From IMG/VR virus record IMGVR_UViG_3300007633_000001: a DNA stretch of 64,000 nt; one strand, given 5' to 3'. Source of the stretch: an uncultured virus (IMG/VR IMGVR_UViG_3300007633_000001) (taxonomy: Duplodnaviria; Heunggongvirae; Uroviricota; Caudoviricetes). The notes below the pieces were generated by a model, which saw nothing but the letters and a program-made list of their open reading frames with translations, was not told the DNA's origin and did no database searches. Positions 53,247-64,000 of this stretch are shown piece by piece. A program made the position numbers and the translations under genes. How positions within the stretch are numbered: the stretch's first letter is position 1; the number at the start of each line of letters is the position of its first letter.

Positions 53247-54188
53247 ATGAAAATTGCTATAGATATAGGGCATAACGCTCCACCAGATACAGGGGCCTCA
53301 AGTCAATTTGGTATAGAGGACAAATTAACTTATGAGGTAGGGAATCTAGTAATAAGAGAATTAGAAGAGTTGGGCCATGAAGTTATAAATGTAACTCCTA
53401 AATCAGCTTCTTCAGTAGTAGCCTCTTTACAACAAAGAGTCACAATTGCTAATCAAAGTAGTGCGGCTATTTTAGTCAGTATTCATTTTAATGCTTTTAA
53501 CTGTAAAGCTAATGGCACTGAAGTTTTTGCTATTAGTAATAGGGGTAAGATAATAGCAGATAGGATAGTAAGTAATATAGCGGAGTTAGGTTATAGGAAT
53601 AGAGGAGTAAAGGAAGGGAATCATCTCTATTTAATAAGACACACTAAACCTGTAGCCGTATTAGTCGAATGCTGTTTTATTGACAATGAAAGAGATATGA
53701 GACTATTAGATACTGTAACCATGGCCAAAGCAATAGCTAAAGGTATTGTTGGTAAAGACTTTAAAAGTAATGCTACTATTGAGTTCAAGAAGAGCTCTAT
53801 AGAAGACACAAAGAGATTACAGAAATTACTAAATCTATTATTTTCAGTAGAGTTAGTGGAAGATGGTATATTTGGTCCTAATACATTAAGGGCTGTGAAT
53901 CATGCTCAGAACGTATTGGGTTTAAGAGTAGAAGAAGATATTACTTCTGAACTTTTAAATAGTCTTAAATATATAATAGACCAACCTATAGTTAGACCTA
54001 ATCATGCAGAAGGTTTAATAGTGAGATACATAAGGCATAAGCTAGGTTTAAGTACCAGTAAAAGTCTTGAATTATCTTATGAGGGAAAGATTGTTGAAAT
54101 GATTAAGTCTTTCCAGGCTGATAAGAACCTATCAGTTGATGGTATAATTGGTCCTCAAACCTGGAGTACTTTATTCTTAATGAAGTAG
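53247..54188 (+). CDS. N-acetylmuramoyl-L-alanine amidase (Amidase_3) with peptidoglycan-binding domains
   Basis: IDIGH, E, SIHFNA, GTEV, VLVECCFIDN; DGIFGPNT and DGIIGPQTW PG-binding motifs. Confidence 0.93.
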   Translation: MKIAIDIGHNAPPDTGASSQFGIEDKLTYEVGNLVIRELEELGHEVINVTPKSASSVVASLQQRVTIANQSSAAILVSIHFNAFNCKANGTEVFAISNRGKIIADRIVSNIAELGYRNRGVKEGNHLYLIRHTKPVAVLVECCFIDNERDMRLLDTVTMAKAIAKGIVGKDFKSNATIEFKKSSIEDTKRLQKLLNLLFSVELVEDGIFGPNTLRAVNHAQNVLGLRVEEDITSELLNSLKYIIDQPIVRPNHAEGLIVRYIRHKLGLSTSKSLELSYEGKIVEMIKSFQADKNLSVDGIIGPQTWSTLFLMK

Positions 54189-54242
54189 GATTAAGTTAAT
54201 TATTGATACGAGACCATTTTATTCCTATACATATATATATGT

Positions 54243-54908
54243 GTGTATCGATTAAGTATGAACATTAATAAAGATGATTATAACGATAGAGGAGAGAAAG
54301 AAAGAAAAGGGAAAAGAAAGGAAGAATATTTTTTATTAAAAGAGAATAGTCGTAGTTGGACTAGACCTTATAGATTCATTCAAGATGAGTATGATTTAGA
54401 ACTAGAATTATTTGGAGATAGTATATTAGACGATGATGATAGAAACTATTTGTTAGAAGGTATAATTACAACAATAGGATGTTTCTTATCAGAGTATTAT
54501 GAAACCAACGGTATATTGCCTTTATATGAAAACGGAGTATTGAATAAGGTTAGGTCTTTCATAGAGACAGTTGGGGAAGACTATAGTCCTACTGAAGAAG
54601 ATTTTATAGAATTATTAAATCGTGGAATGTCTAGATTACATTTTATGATTTGGTATAAACAGGAACCCAAACCATATAGTTCTAAGAGAGAGGTACTATA
54701 CGAGATAAGCAATATCTCTAATACTTATAAAAGAAGATTCGAAGAAGACTTAACATCCCTTGATTTGCTAGGAGAATACGATAAGATAAAAGAATTCCTC
54801 ACTGAGAAAATATCTTATTGTATTTTCATCAGATCGGGTCAATATATATCTTATTGGCAAGAAGAGTATAGTATTTCAATGAATGAGATAAGGAAAGCTT
54901 TAGATTAA
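54243..54908 (+). CDS. Hypothetical protein
   Basis: About 220-aa ORF. Confidence 0.6.
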   Translation: MYRLSMNINKDDYNDRGEKERKGKRKEEYFLLKENSRSWTRPYRFIQDEYDLELELFGDSILDDDDRNYLLEGIITTIGCFLSEYYETNGILPLYENGVLNKVRSFIETVGEDYSPTEEDFIELLNRGMSRLHFMIWYKQEPKPYSSKREVLYEISNISNTYKRRFEEDLTSLDLLGEYDKIKEFLTEKISYCIFIRSGQYISYWQEEYSISMNEIRKALD

Positions 54909-54943
54909 TCAATAAGTACATAATATAAATCCACCAATTTACT

Positions 54944-57900
54944 TTACTCTTCAATATCAACTGCTTTTATCTTCCAAGTTAGTTCTACCTCGAAGTCAGG
55001 TCTCATTTCAGGAGTTCCACCGTAATATCCTACCATTTTGTTATTGAGTTTATAAACAAGTTTAGGTAAGTCAGCTAGCTCAAAATGGGTTTTAGAAGTT
55101 CCATATTTACTACCGACTTGTAGATATAGGTCTGAGTAACTTAGTTTATTTACCATTTGACCTTCCAATTCAAACCATTCATTTTCTGAATGACTGGTTG
55201 GCAATAATAGTTCTTCTCCTATTTGACTATCATCAACAACATTCCTAATTTTAGTATTGTTGTTTAAGTTAAAGTAGGCCTGCCAGTTATCATCCTTATA
55301 GACGTACATAATATTAGTTGATATATCTACAAAGACAGTTCTTTCTTCTGGATCATCTGGTATAGTATTCCCTGATTTTAGCTTAGGCATTTCATCAAAG
55401 TTTATTAGACTCTCACCTACTAAGTTGAATTTGAATGGGGATAAGTAAATATTGTCGGTATATATTTCTATAGGATGCTCAAAATATCCTGTATAACCTA
55501 AGTATTTACTTATATCTATATCTAATGAAGAGTTGGCTGGTATGACTACAGGTGTTTGTATACTAAATACTAATGCATTATCTTCATTTATAATATGTTC
55601 TATAGTTAAAGGATGATTGAAAGGATTGTTAACAGTTAAAGTGGTAGATGTAGTTTCTTTCTTATATTTACTAGGTACTAAGATACTACTATCATCTTCT
55701 ATAACAGTATTATTCCATATAAACTCTGGTATTAGCTCAGTTACATCTGCACTAAGATTAATAGTAAATGATGGACGATTTATATCGTTAGAGTTTATTG
55801 TGAAGCTACTATTGACCACACCATTAGCTTTATAAGCATTTATAGTAAACCTTGCTCTTACAGTCTCTCCTGGCTTTAACATATTAGGAACCTCTTCTAT
55901 TAATTCAAAGGGAGGTGCTAAATGTATACCTTGGACTTCTAATATATCAGTTCCTTCATTCGTAATTAATATATAATCCTCTTTGAAGGAGTAAGGAGGT
56001 ACTACACCTAAATCTATATTTAGACTATTAGTAGTAACAGTATTATTGTTATATTTTATTGTGAATATAGAACCAACAATCTCGACTTCATATGGAATGA
56101 CTATATCCGGTAAACCATAATAATGATCAACAATAATAAAATTGCCACTTATAAGACCTACACTGGTATTAGAAAAGTCTATATGTAAATCTTCTTTAGC
56201 ACCTGGTTCAACTTCTATAGGATCTCTAATATCTGCAATCACATTTATATCATCTGCATAGATCTTAAATCTATAAAGATCATCCCCTTCATTGATCAAG
56301 GATATTTCGTCTTCTAATGTTTTTGTGATTGATTGTGATTTCATCTTTAAAGTCTTAGAAGTATCAATTAATTTATCTTGATAATAGACGAAGGGCCTAG
56401 GAACTTTTACATAAGACTGTAAACTAAAACTAAATTTACTATTGAAAGGATCATTAGTAGTAATGAATAGAGTTTCGTTATGATAACCTCCAATGTCAGA
56501 ATTGAAACTTATATTTATACCCTTTTGTTGGGAGGGAAGAACTGGGTCATTATAGACTATATTGAAAGTATTGGTAGAAGATAAGGTTAGATTTAGTTCA
56601 TCTTTACCTTTGTTGTAGACTCTTATTAATTGAGTACCTTGTTCACCTCTACTTAATTCGCCTAAGTCTATTAGAGAATTGTCTGATAGAATACCACTAT
56701 CTTTATCTCTCAATTCAGCTACAGGCACTATGACTTCCAATCTAATGTCAGTATTTAAATCGGGAGTTATAGGATCGGAAGACAGTATTTGGATAGTACC
56801 GTAATTCATACCTACTAGACTACTATCTACTCTTACTGTAAACTCGCTACTCTGTGAAGGTGCTATGGTCATACTAGGATAATTATGTATAAAGAAAGTA
56901 TCAGATTTTATGAAGATACTCTTAATATTCAAATCATAATCACCTAAGTTTCTTATGTTAAGTTTAAGATCAGTTAAGGTTTTATATTTAACTATACCTA
57001 GATCTATTGGTCTATAAATTATACTATTACCTTTATATAGAGCTAGAACAGGACTTACAGTTTTACTCAATAAATTCAGTTCATATTGAGGTTGATAGTA
57101 ATCATTACTTTCAAAAGAAATAGATCCAATATTTATACCTCTAACATTACTTAGAGCAGTAATTTGTATACCTATCATTCCACCTGCTACAACTCTTGAG
57201 GGGAATATACTGCTCAATACAAAATCACCTTTAATATTAAAGTTATTTATATTAAGATCTATATTACCATTATTATAAATTTTAAGAATTAGAACTTTAG
57301 TTTCTTCAAGAAAGAGTTCTCCAAAGTCATGAGTATCATTGTTGTTTAACTCTTGATTACCTCTATATACTTTTAAATAAGGACCATATACTTTGCCAAT
57401 TACTGCAAAGTTAAAAGGACTTTTATCATAATCATTGCTTATTATTCCTATATCTGTAACGTAATCACCAGGTATAGTGGCGTCAAGAGAGATATCAAAT
57501 TCTTTTATATTTACTGGGGCTATAGTAAAAGGAGTAGTAGCACTCGTTATAGTAAAACTACTTCCAGAAGCATGTAAACTTTCATATACGTCAGAGACAT
57601 CTAAATCAGCAGTTCCAATATTATGTATCTCAAATCTTTTAACTATTTGTACGCCTACTGAAGTGGCTCCTAAATCAATCGGATTATATAAGATGTCATC
57701 AGTTAATATCTTGTTATTAGTTCTGACTTGAATTCTTGGTTTAATAACAAGACCTCTTAATAGAATATTATATTTGGGTGTTTGGGGATCATTAGATTTT
57801 ATTACTAACTCTCCCAATATTAATCCTTCTTTATTAGCTATTAATCTAATAGTTAACTTTTCACTGCCTTGGGGTAGAACAGCATTAGGTATAACTCCCA

Positions 57901-60550
57901 ATATTCTATAATCCATAGCCGGAGTGATAACCATATTTAAGAATAAGGTTTCAGTACCAGTATTTCTTATCTCTAATTCTATATCTATATATTGATTTAT
58001 ATCGGTATCTCCAAAATCTAATATCTCTTCGTCAAGGATTTCTACATTATTGGTTATATCCCAAACTTCTATAGCTGGTTCTACTACTAGTCCAGTTATA
58101 AAGAAATTGAAGGGATTTTTACTACTATCGTTATTACCTAATATTACCTCTCCCTCATACTTACCTAAATCCTCAGCTTCAAATATAAGTTCAAAAGTAT
58201 TACCTTGACCTTTTAGTAAACTATTATCGACTAAGTTCTTTTGGAAGTTATTCCATAAATATCCTAATGGATAATTGATAGAGTCTATATAAATGACACC
58301 ACTACCTACATTCTTAGTTCTAAATAATTTAGTAACAGGGACGTCTTTTTTAGTCTTTCCATATTCAACAATTGATATATTATCAATGATTTCATTGTTA
58401 CCTTCCCATACTTCTATAAGAGCGGATAAGGCTCTTGTTATCCCTAATACATTTAGTACAAAAGGACTATTGTTGGTGTCGTTACTTATGATTGTAACTA
58501 AACCTTGATGATAACCTGACTGACTTCTTGAATAAGTAAGAGAATATCTATCGGTCTGACCAGGATTAATGCTTATTGGGAATGTTATATTTCCTAAAGA
58601 GAATTGATTAGGTAAAGATATAGAATCAATTATTAGATCAGTAGTTCCTTTATTAGATATAAATATATCTACACTGGATGGACTGTCTTTTATAGATGTA
58701 CCAAAGTCATAAACTTTACCTTTACTATAGACATTAGATAAATCATTAACTGACAATTCTAATACACTAGAACCTTGACCTACTACTCCATATAAGCTAT
58801 AGTTTAATTTACTGTTTGGATATGAATCCGACTCAATACTTATAGTTCCTCTAGCAATACTAGCCAAAGAAGCTTGTAGAGTAATAATTAAATCAGTACT
58901 TTGACTGGGGTCAATCTTGTAACTAGTTAATTGATAAGTATAAACACTATTGTCAATGTTTATATTTGTTACTTCTAAAGGTACAATACCTATATTTTCT
59001 ACTTTTAAGGTTTTAGTAATTGATTGATTTATTGGAGTAACTCCTAAGTCTATTTCATCATTAGGACTTAGAATAGTATTAGATTCTGATATTTTTATTA
59101 CAGGGGCTAATTCTATACTTCCTATATCTACTCCTCTACTTGCATTTCTCGGTACTCCCCTTTTATCAACAGGAGGTATATTATTAACAGTATTACCGTT
59201 TTTAATACAAGGACTATTAGGTCTTAGACTTAAGTAAGGAATCCAATAATCTGAAGTTACTAGAGCCGTTAGTAAAGGATCTTTTATAGTAATATTATTA
59301 GTTACGTATAAGTCTTGAGGACTATTAGTTTTATCAGGGTATTGTAAGTTACCTCCTTTATCTTGGAACATAGTTGAAGAGGTACTATTTACTCCATCAG
59401 TATTATCGACTGTATTGAAAGCGTATATAGTATTTAATGAAGAACATAATCCTCCGCCGCCATGAACAGCACCACCCTTATATCCAGCATGATTATAAGC
59501 TATGGTGCAATGAGTAATATCTCTAGAAGAAATATTACCTTCAAGGAACATAGCACCACCTAGACCTCTATTAGAAGAAGTAACTGGTTCATTAGTAGAG
59601 ATACAGTCGTTATTAACGAAAGTATTATTTACACTACTCAATCCACTGATATAAGACAACCATAAAGCGCCACCTTGAGTCCTTGAAGTGTTGTTATTAA
59701 AAGTGGAGCCTTTAATAAAAGAAGAACCTGAATTATTTATATATAAAGCACCACCGTAACTCTTTAAGTTATTAATGTTTTCCAAAGCTATATTTCCTTG
59801 GAAGTGACTATTATCTATATTTAATGAAGAGCTTTGAGAAGATATAAATATAGCGCCACCTTTACTATGACTTTTATTATCTTTAAAGATCGATTTAATA
59901 ATATCTAAATGTTGAATATCATTACCTGTATATTTCAGCACACCTCCCTCGCCTCTTAAAGATTCATTATCTATAAAATTAGATTCTTCAATTACTAGAT
60001 CAGCATTTATTAGGTTTATTGGGCTATTAACTTGGGTAGTGTTATTACTAAACTCACACTTTAACATCCTTAGGGTACTTTGGTTTCCCAATGAAATTAT
60101 AGAATGTCCAGAGTTAGAATTAGTTATCTCATTATCAGAGACAATACAATTTGTTAGTTCTACATTGTTATTATGAGTTCCATGTATAACAGAGCTTACT
60201 GAACTAGAAGAATTAAGTTTAAAGTTACAATTCTCAAAAGTAACTGAAGAACCAGTATTAAGATAACATGCTGGGAGTCCATAGGTAAAAGTAATGTCTT
60301 TAACTAACAGATTTATGTTAGAACCTACTTTAAAAATAATAAACTTACTGTCTCCATTTAAGAAAAGATTTTCACTTCCTGTAATAGTAAGATCTTTATC
60401 AATTTCTAAGGGGGCACTAGTTAAATTAAGTGTAGTATTATTTGTATTAGATGAAAAACTTATTTGGTCCCCAGGAGATGCTGATTTAATGATGGCTCTT
60501 AAAGAACCATCTCCACTATCTTTAGTATTAAGTACAGTAAAGCTTGACAT
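54944..60550 (-). CDS. Long tail-fibre-like protein: N-terminal beta-helix, about 11 choice-of-anchor D/Ig repeats, C-terminal tail-collar domain
   Basis: VLNTKDSGDGSLR start, GGA/FxxN repeats, repeated D(L/F)G...N-x-G...I-x-SND units, WFELEGQMVNKLSYSDLYLQVGSKYG...FELADL collar motif. Confidence 0.8.
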   Translation of the reverse strand: MSSFTVLNTKDSGDGSLRAIIKSASPGDQISFSSNTNNTTLNLTSAPLEIDKDLTITGSENLFLNGDSKFIIFKVGSNINLLVKDITFTYGLPACYLNTGSSVTFENCNFKLNSSSSVSSVIHGTHNNNVELTNCIVSDNEITNSNSGHSIISLGNQSTLRMLKCEFSNNTTQVNSPINLINADLVIEESNFIDNESLRGEGGVLKYTGNDIQHLDIIKSIFKDNKSHSKGGAIFISSQSSSLNIDNSHFQGNIALENINNLKSYGGALYINNSGSSFIKGSTFNNNTSRTQGGALWLSYISGLSSVNNTFVNNDCISTNEPVTSSNRGLGGAMFLEGNISSRDITHCTIAYNHAGYKGGAVHGGGGLCSSLNTIYAFNTVDNTDGVNSTSSTMFQDKGGNLQYPDKTNSPQDLYVTNNITIKDPLLTALVTSDYWIPYLSLRPNSPCIKNGNTVNNIPPVDKRGVPRNASRGVDIGSIELAPVIKISESNTILSPNDEIDLGVTPINQSITKTLKVENIGIVPLEVTNINIDNSVYTYQLTSYKIDPSQSTDLIITLQASLASIARGTISIESDSYPNSKLNYSLYGVVGQGSSVLELSVNDLSNVYSKGKVYDFGTSIKDSPSSVDIFISNKGTTDLIIDSISLPNQFSLGNITFPISINPGQTDRYSLTYSRSQSGYHQGLVTIISNDTNNSPFVLNVLGITRALSALIEVWEGNNEIIDNISIVEYGKTKKDVPVTKLFRTKNVGSGVIYIDSINYPLGYLWNNFQKNLVDNSLLKGQGNTFELIFEAEDLGKYEGEVILGNNDSSKNPFNFFITGLVVEPAIEVWDITNNVEILDEEILDFGDTDINQYIDIELEIRNTGTETLFLNMVITPAMDYRILGVIPNAVLPQGSEKLTIRLIANKEGLILGELVIKSNDPQTPKYNILLRGLVIKPRIQVRTNNKILTDDILYNPIDLGATSVGVQIVKRFEIHNIGTADLDVSDVYESLHASGSSFTITSATTPFTIAPVNIKEFDISLDATIPGDYVTDIGIISNDYDKSPFNFAVIGKVYGPYLKVYRGNQELNNNDTHDFGELFLEETKVLILKIYNNGNIDLNINNFNIKGDFVLSSIFPSRVVAGGMIGIQITALSNVRGINIGSISFESNDYYQPQYELNLLSKTVSPVLALYKGNSIIYRPIDLGIVKYKTLTDLKLNIRNLGDYDLNIKSIFIKSDTFFIHNYPSMTIAPSQSSEFTVRVDSSLVGMNYGTIQILSSDPITPDLNTDIRLEVIVPVAELRDKDSGILSDNSLIDLGELSRGEQGTQLIRVYNKGKDELNLTLSSTNTFNIVYNDPVLPSQQKGINISFNSDIGGYHNETLFITTNDPFNSKFSFSLQSYVKVPRPFVYYQDKLIDTSKTLKMKSQSITKTLEDEISLINEGDDLYRFKIYADDINVIADIRDPIEVEPGAKEDLHIDFSNTSVGLISGNFIIVDHYYGLPDIVIPYEVEIVGSIFTIKYNNNTVTTNSLNIDLGVVPPYSFKEDYILITNEGTDILEVQGIHLAPPFELIEEVPNMLKPGETVRARFTINAYKANGVVNSSFTINSNDINRPSFTINLSADVTELIPEFIWNNTVIEDDSSILVPSKYKKETTSTTLTVNNPFNHPLTIEHIINEDNALVFSIQTPVVIPANSSLDIDISKYLGYTGYFEHPIEIYTDNIYLSPFKFNLVGESLINFDEMPKLKSGNTIPDDPEERTVFVDISTNIMYVYKDDNWQAYFNLNNNTKIRNVVDDSQIGEELLLPTSHSENEWFELEGQMVNKLSYSDLYLQVGSKYGTSKTHFELADLPKLVYKLNNKMVGYYGGTPEMRPDFEVELTWKIKAVDIEE

Positions 60551-60740
60551 AGAAATTAGATTATGGATTGCTATTATAGATTATCTTTTATGAATATGGA
60601 ACTTAATAGTTAAGTCAATACTTATAACTGAAGAAACTATGAGAAGACATTAGTAGTCTATTTATTTAATAAAATAATATAGAGATTCAATAATATAGAA
60701 GGCATTAATTCAGTTACTGTAAGATTTAACTATTAAACCA

Positions 60741-61298
60741 ATGATAGAAATTAACGATATAACAAGTAAGGTATTAAATGATTATTATGAATTAATAAAT
60801 AAATTGAAAACAGTTAGTGGTCATTCTTTTACTGTTATAGATAATAGTCCAGGGGAACCCACTTTAAGCGATATTGAAAAATTAACTTCTTATTCTATTT
60901 ATAAATTATGGTCCATAAATTTTAGTCCTCAATTCTCTAAGAGTAGTCATATTGATCTGATACAAGGGACCTACTGTTATTGTATGATGTTATATCTAGA
61001 CATAGAAGTGTTGGTTAAACCTGGTTATCGTGAACCCAGTAAAGCTAAAGCAAGTCTCTTTTTAGCAGGGGCTAATCCAGCTTTAGGATTTAATCTTGGT
61101 GATTATAACGGTGCTTTTAGAAAAGGTATTATAGCTGTTGATTATGTACAGGCTATGTCACCACCTGCCCTTTGTGAGGATAAAGATAATACTAAAGTTA
61201 ATTATCTCAAATTACATGACGAACAATTGGTAGAGTTACACCAAGATATAAGTCTAATACTACAAAGAGCTAATAATTTACGTATTTTGAAACAATGA
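60741..61298 (+). CDS. Hypothetical protein
   Basis: 185-aa ORF. Confidence 0.6.
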   Translation: MIEINDITSKVLNDYYELINKLKTVSGHSFTVIDNSPGEPTLSDIEKLTSYSIYKLWSINFSPQFSKSSHIDLIQGTYCYCMMLYLDIEVLVKPGYREPSKAKASLFLAGANPALGFNLGDYNGAFRKGIIAVDYVQAMSPPALCEDKDNTKVNYLKLHDEQLVELHQDISLILQRANNLRILKQ

Positions 61299-61468
61299 CG
61301 TTTCATCCTTTTTTTATTCATTAATTCTTATCAATTATTTATCTTCTATAATTCAAAAGTTTATATTGATATTACAGTATAAATGTATGATCTATTTTAG
61401 ACGATAAGAATTTATACTCTCTATTTATATTGATTCTTTAACATATTAAGATATTGAGGTTAGTTTAC

Positions 61469-62389
61469 ATGTTTCCATACGCCAAAAGACAAGATAGTGT
61501 ATCTGTATTTATTGAGGACAGAATATTTACTGTTAAGAGCACTGAGAGTCATTTTGAAGAAGTACTTCAAGCTATAAAGGATGAAGATAGTGAGAAGGTT
61601 AAACACTTAGTAGATAGAGTTTCTTTATACGAAGAGTTCTGTAAAGATTCTCCAATCACTATTAAGGGTGGATTCATTATAGATGATGAGTATATACCTA
61701 CAGCTTTATCTAATAAAATAATAGATTTAAAAGATAATGGTTTTTCTATAGATCCGTTTGTTAACTTCTGGAGACTTTTAAAGAAAAATCTTTACCCACA
61801 TTGCGTTAATCAACTTTATAATTTTATAGAATCAGGAGATTGGTGTATTTTTCCTAATGGACGTATACTTGCTTATAAAGCTGTTTATCTAAATCCATAT
61901 AAAGGACAGGATTTAACTGATGATAAGATTAAAAGTTTAAAGAACTCTCAGACAGCTAGGATGGATATTAGTTTTGAGGATTATAAGAAAGCATTAAAAG
62001 AAAAGACTTATATTGATATTCATAGTGGCTCTGTACCTCAAGATATAGGAGATACAGTAGAAGTCTTCAGATATCAAGTGGATGATAATCCTGATGCTTT
62101 TTGCTCAAAAGGACTTCATGTTTGCTTATGGGATTATGCTATGAGCTTTGGAGGTTCTAGATCTACAATCCTTAATGTTTCTGTAAGTCCTGAGGATTGG
62201 GTATCTGTTCCAAGTGATAATACTCAAAAGGCTAGAGTTAGTAAATATACAATACAAAGTGTTAATACTAACTCTAGGGCTTATAACTCTGCCGTAGCTC
62301 CCGAAGAAACTAGTTATTCCTATAAAGATTATTGGGGATATGAAGATGATGAAGATGATGATGAGGATACAGAATTTGAAAGTTGGTAG
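61469..62389 (+). CDS. rIIB: rIIB-like protein
   Basis: PFVNFW, QLYNFI, GRILAYKAV, DIHSG, R..VDDNP...CSKGLHVC, VSPEDWVSVP, KARV; acidic tail. Confidence 0.85.
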   Translation: MFPYAKRQDSVSVFIEDRIFTVKSTESHFEEVLQAIKDEDSEKVKHLVDRVSLYEEFCKDSPITIKGGFIIDDEYIPTALSNKIIDLKDNGFSIDPFVNFWRLLKKNLYPHCVNQLYNFIESGDWCIFPNGRILAYKAVYLNPYKGQDLTDDKIKSLKNSQTARMDISFEDYKKALKEKTYIDIHSGSVPQDIGDTVEVFRYQVDDNPDAFCSKGLHVCLWDYAMSFGGSRSTILNVSVSPEDWVSVPSDNTQKARVSKYTIQSVNTNSRAYNSAVAPEETSYSYKDYWGYEDDEDDDEDTEFESW

Positions 62390-62511
62390 ATAATATCAAT
62401 CTTTATAGTTACATTATTTTGGAATAGCTTTAATATCCATTTGTTAATATTTATTTATCATTTATTACTAAGTTCATATCTTTGTTAATTATTTCAGGAG
62501 ATAATAATAAG

Positions 62512-64000
62512 ATGGCTAAAGTACATATTCCATATTCTGGAGTTGCTACTAACTTTGGTGAAAAGACGGCTTTAAGAATTGATCCTAAGAACATTGAGAA
62601 GATGTTCTACATGATAACGGAAGCACCTTATAGAGATCCACTAGGTACTGTAATAAGAGAATATCTTTCTAATGCAGTAGATGAGCATGTTAATTTAGAT
62701 ATAGATAAGCCTATAGAAGTTAACTTACCTAATAACTTTGAACCTAATCTAACAATAAGAGATTACGGTAGAGGTATGACTCGAGAGTTTGTAGAAGAAG
62801 TTTTTTGTTCATTCGGCTCTACCACTAAAAATGAAAGTAATAAAGCCATTGGGGGATGGGGTGTAGGTGGTAAGTCTTTTGCTGCTTTAACTGATGAAAT
62901 ATTGATATCTACTATTAAAGACGGATACAAGACTATCTTCGTAATGTATAAAGATGACAAGATAGCTCTTGGGTATAACATTCTTTCTCATTCTAAAACT
63001 GATGAGGCTAACGGCACCTTAGTTAATATAAGCATAAGTGATTCTTTAATAAAAAAATGTGAAAAGAAAGTAGCTTATTGGACTAGATACTTAACTATTC
63101 CAATAAAAATATCACCACCTTTAACTAGAGATTTCTATCCTAAATTAAAGGATGAAGATATGTTATATAATCAAGACTCCTGGAAATTATATAATTCAAA
63201 AGGTTCTAATTATGAAGAATCACTTTTAATTTTGATTGGAGGATTGCCTTACCCTGTTGATGATCCTTCAAGTACTTTAAATATTGAGACATATTTATCA
63301 TCAGAGAAATATCATAAAACCTTTAGGAGCTTATTAGGTTCGTACTTTTCTAGATATAAGTTATTGTTAAACTTTGAACCTGGCGTACTTGATTTAACAG
63401 TAGGTAGAGAAGATTTAAGATATTCTGATAGAACTATTAAAGCTATTGTTGGTAAGATAGAAGAAGTTATAGACTATGTAAGAGGAGATTTATTAAAGCT
63501 TATAGAAGGATGTGATAATATATGGGAGGCTTCGCTACAGTCTACAGATATAATTAAGTTATTTAGAGTTGAATATAAAGGATCCGAATTACTAGATCAT
63601 TCTCCTAAATTTAAATTTATATATCGGATTTATTTATCTACCTCTGATAGTGTATTAAAGAGAAATAGATCTTATATTCCTTGCAGTCGTGAAAATATTA
63701 TTGTTTACGATGATTTATTAGAGAGTAATCCTGATCTATCCCGATCAAAATATAAGAAGAGTTTATCCTCCAGACTAAAAAGAGTCTATAAGGAAACCAA
63801 TGATAAATCTCATCCTTATTGTGATAAGAATCTTTATTTTATAGATTCAGATTCTGATATTACTGATGAATGGTTAGAATACCTAAACCCTCTAAAAGCT
63901 TCTGCTTTGCCCGAATATCAAGTTACTGTTTCAAGTAGTACCACTAAATCTCATACTAATAAGAGTACTAAAGTCACCCCTTTGTCTAATGTGTTGTCTG
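62512..64000 (+). CDS. rIIA: rIIA-like protein with N-terminal GHKL ATPase (partial, runs off the window; not in the ORF track)
   Basis: Translates MAKVHIP...YRDPLGTVIREYLSNAVDEH...LTIRDYGRGM...FGSTTKNESNKAIGGWGVGGKSF; AGGAG RBS. Confidence 0.85.
   Translation, partial: MAKVHIPYSGVATNFGEKTALRIDPKNIEKMFYMITEAPYRDPLGTVIREYLSNAVDEHVNLDIDKPIEVNLPNNFEPNLTIRDYGRGMTREFVEEVFCSFGSTTKNESNKAIGGWGVGGKSFAALTDEILISTIKDGYKTIFVMYKDDKIALGYNILSHSKTDEANGTLVNISISDSLIKKCEKKVAYWTRYLTIPIKISPPLTRDFYPKLKDEDMLYNQDSWKLYNSKGSNYEESLLILIGGLPYPVDDPSSTLNIETYLSSEKYHKTFRSLLGSYFSRYKLLLNFEPGVLDLTVGREDLRYSDRTIKAIVGKIEEVIDYVRGDLLKLIEGCDNIWEASLQSTDIIKLFRVEYKGSELLDHSPKFKFIYRIYLSTSDSVLKRNRSYIPCSRENIIVYDDLLESNPDLSRSKYKKSLSSRLKRVYKETNDKSHPYCDKNLYFIDSDSDITDEWLEYLNPLKASALPEYQVTVSSSTTKSHTNKSTKVTPLSNVLS

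Overview
AT-rich (roughly 27-30% GC by eye), gene-dense segment of what is most likely a large tailed phage of a cyanobacterium. Phage evidence: rIIB/rIIA homologues, a 1868-aa fibre with a C-terminal tail-collar motif, two endolysins plus a holin-like gene, GP88, a GIY-YIG endonuclease and a lone tRNA-Gly(TCC). Host evidence: a cyanobacterial-type ligA whose interior has much higher GC than its ends, cyanobacterial-type beta-helix/choice-of-anchor domains, a cyanobacterial-type small Cys protein and an IS200/IS605-like end. Accessory content is rich in nucleic-acid repair and processing: a complete Hen1-Pnkp RNA repair operon, a second metallophosphoesterase, Thg1, a macro domain, UDG, DEDD exonucleases (including an active/inactive RNase AS-like pair), a UvrD helicase, and a photolyase-family protein that appears to have lost key residues. 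The most unusual observations are: two unannotated tandem basic peptides ending in a PP-xx-G-x-P...GTR motif resembling cyanobacterial DUF928-type motifs; a DUF6745-like family (two long genes, an orphan C-terminal cassette and the RQGDV partner gene); an orphan TnpB omegaRNA-like IS end; a mosaic ligA; and a recurrent TTATTGAT motif 30-55 nt upstream of starts. All family calls come from motif recognition by eye; no searches were run.
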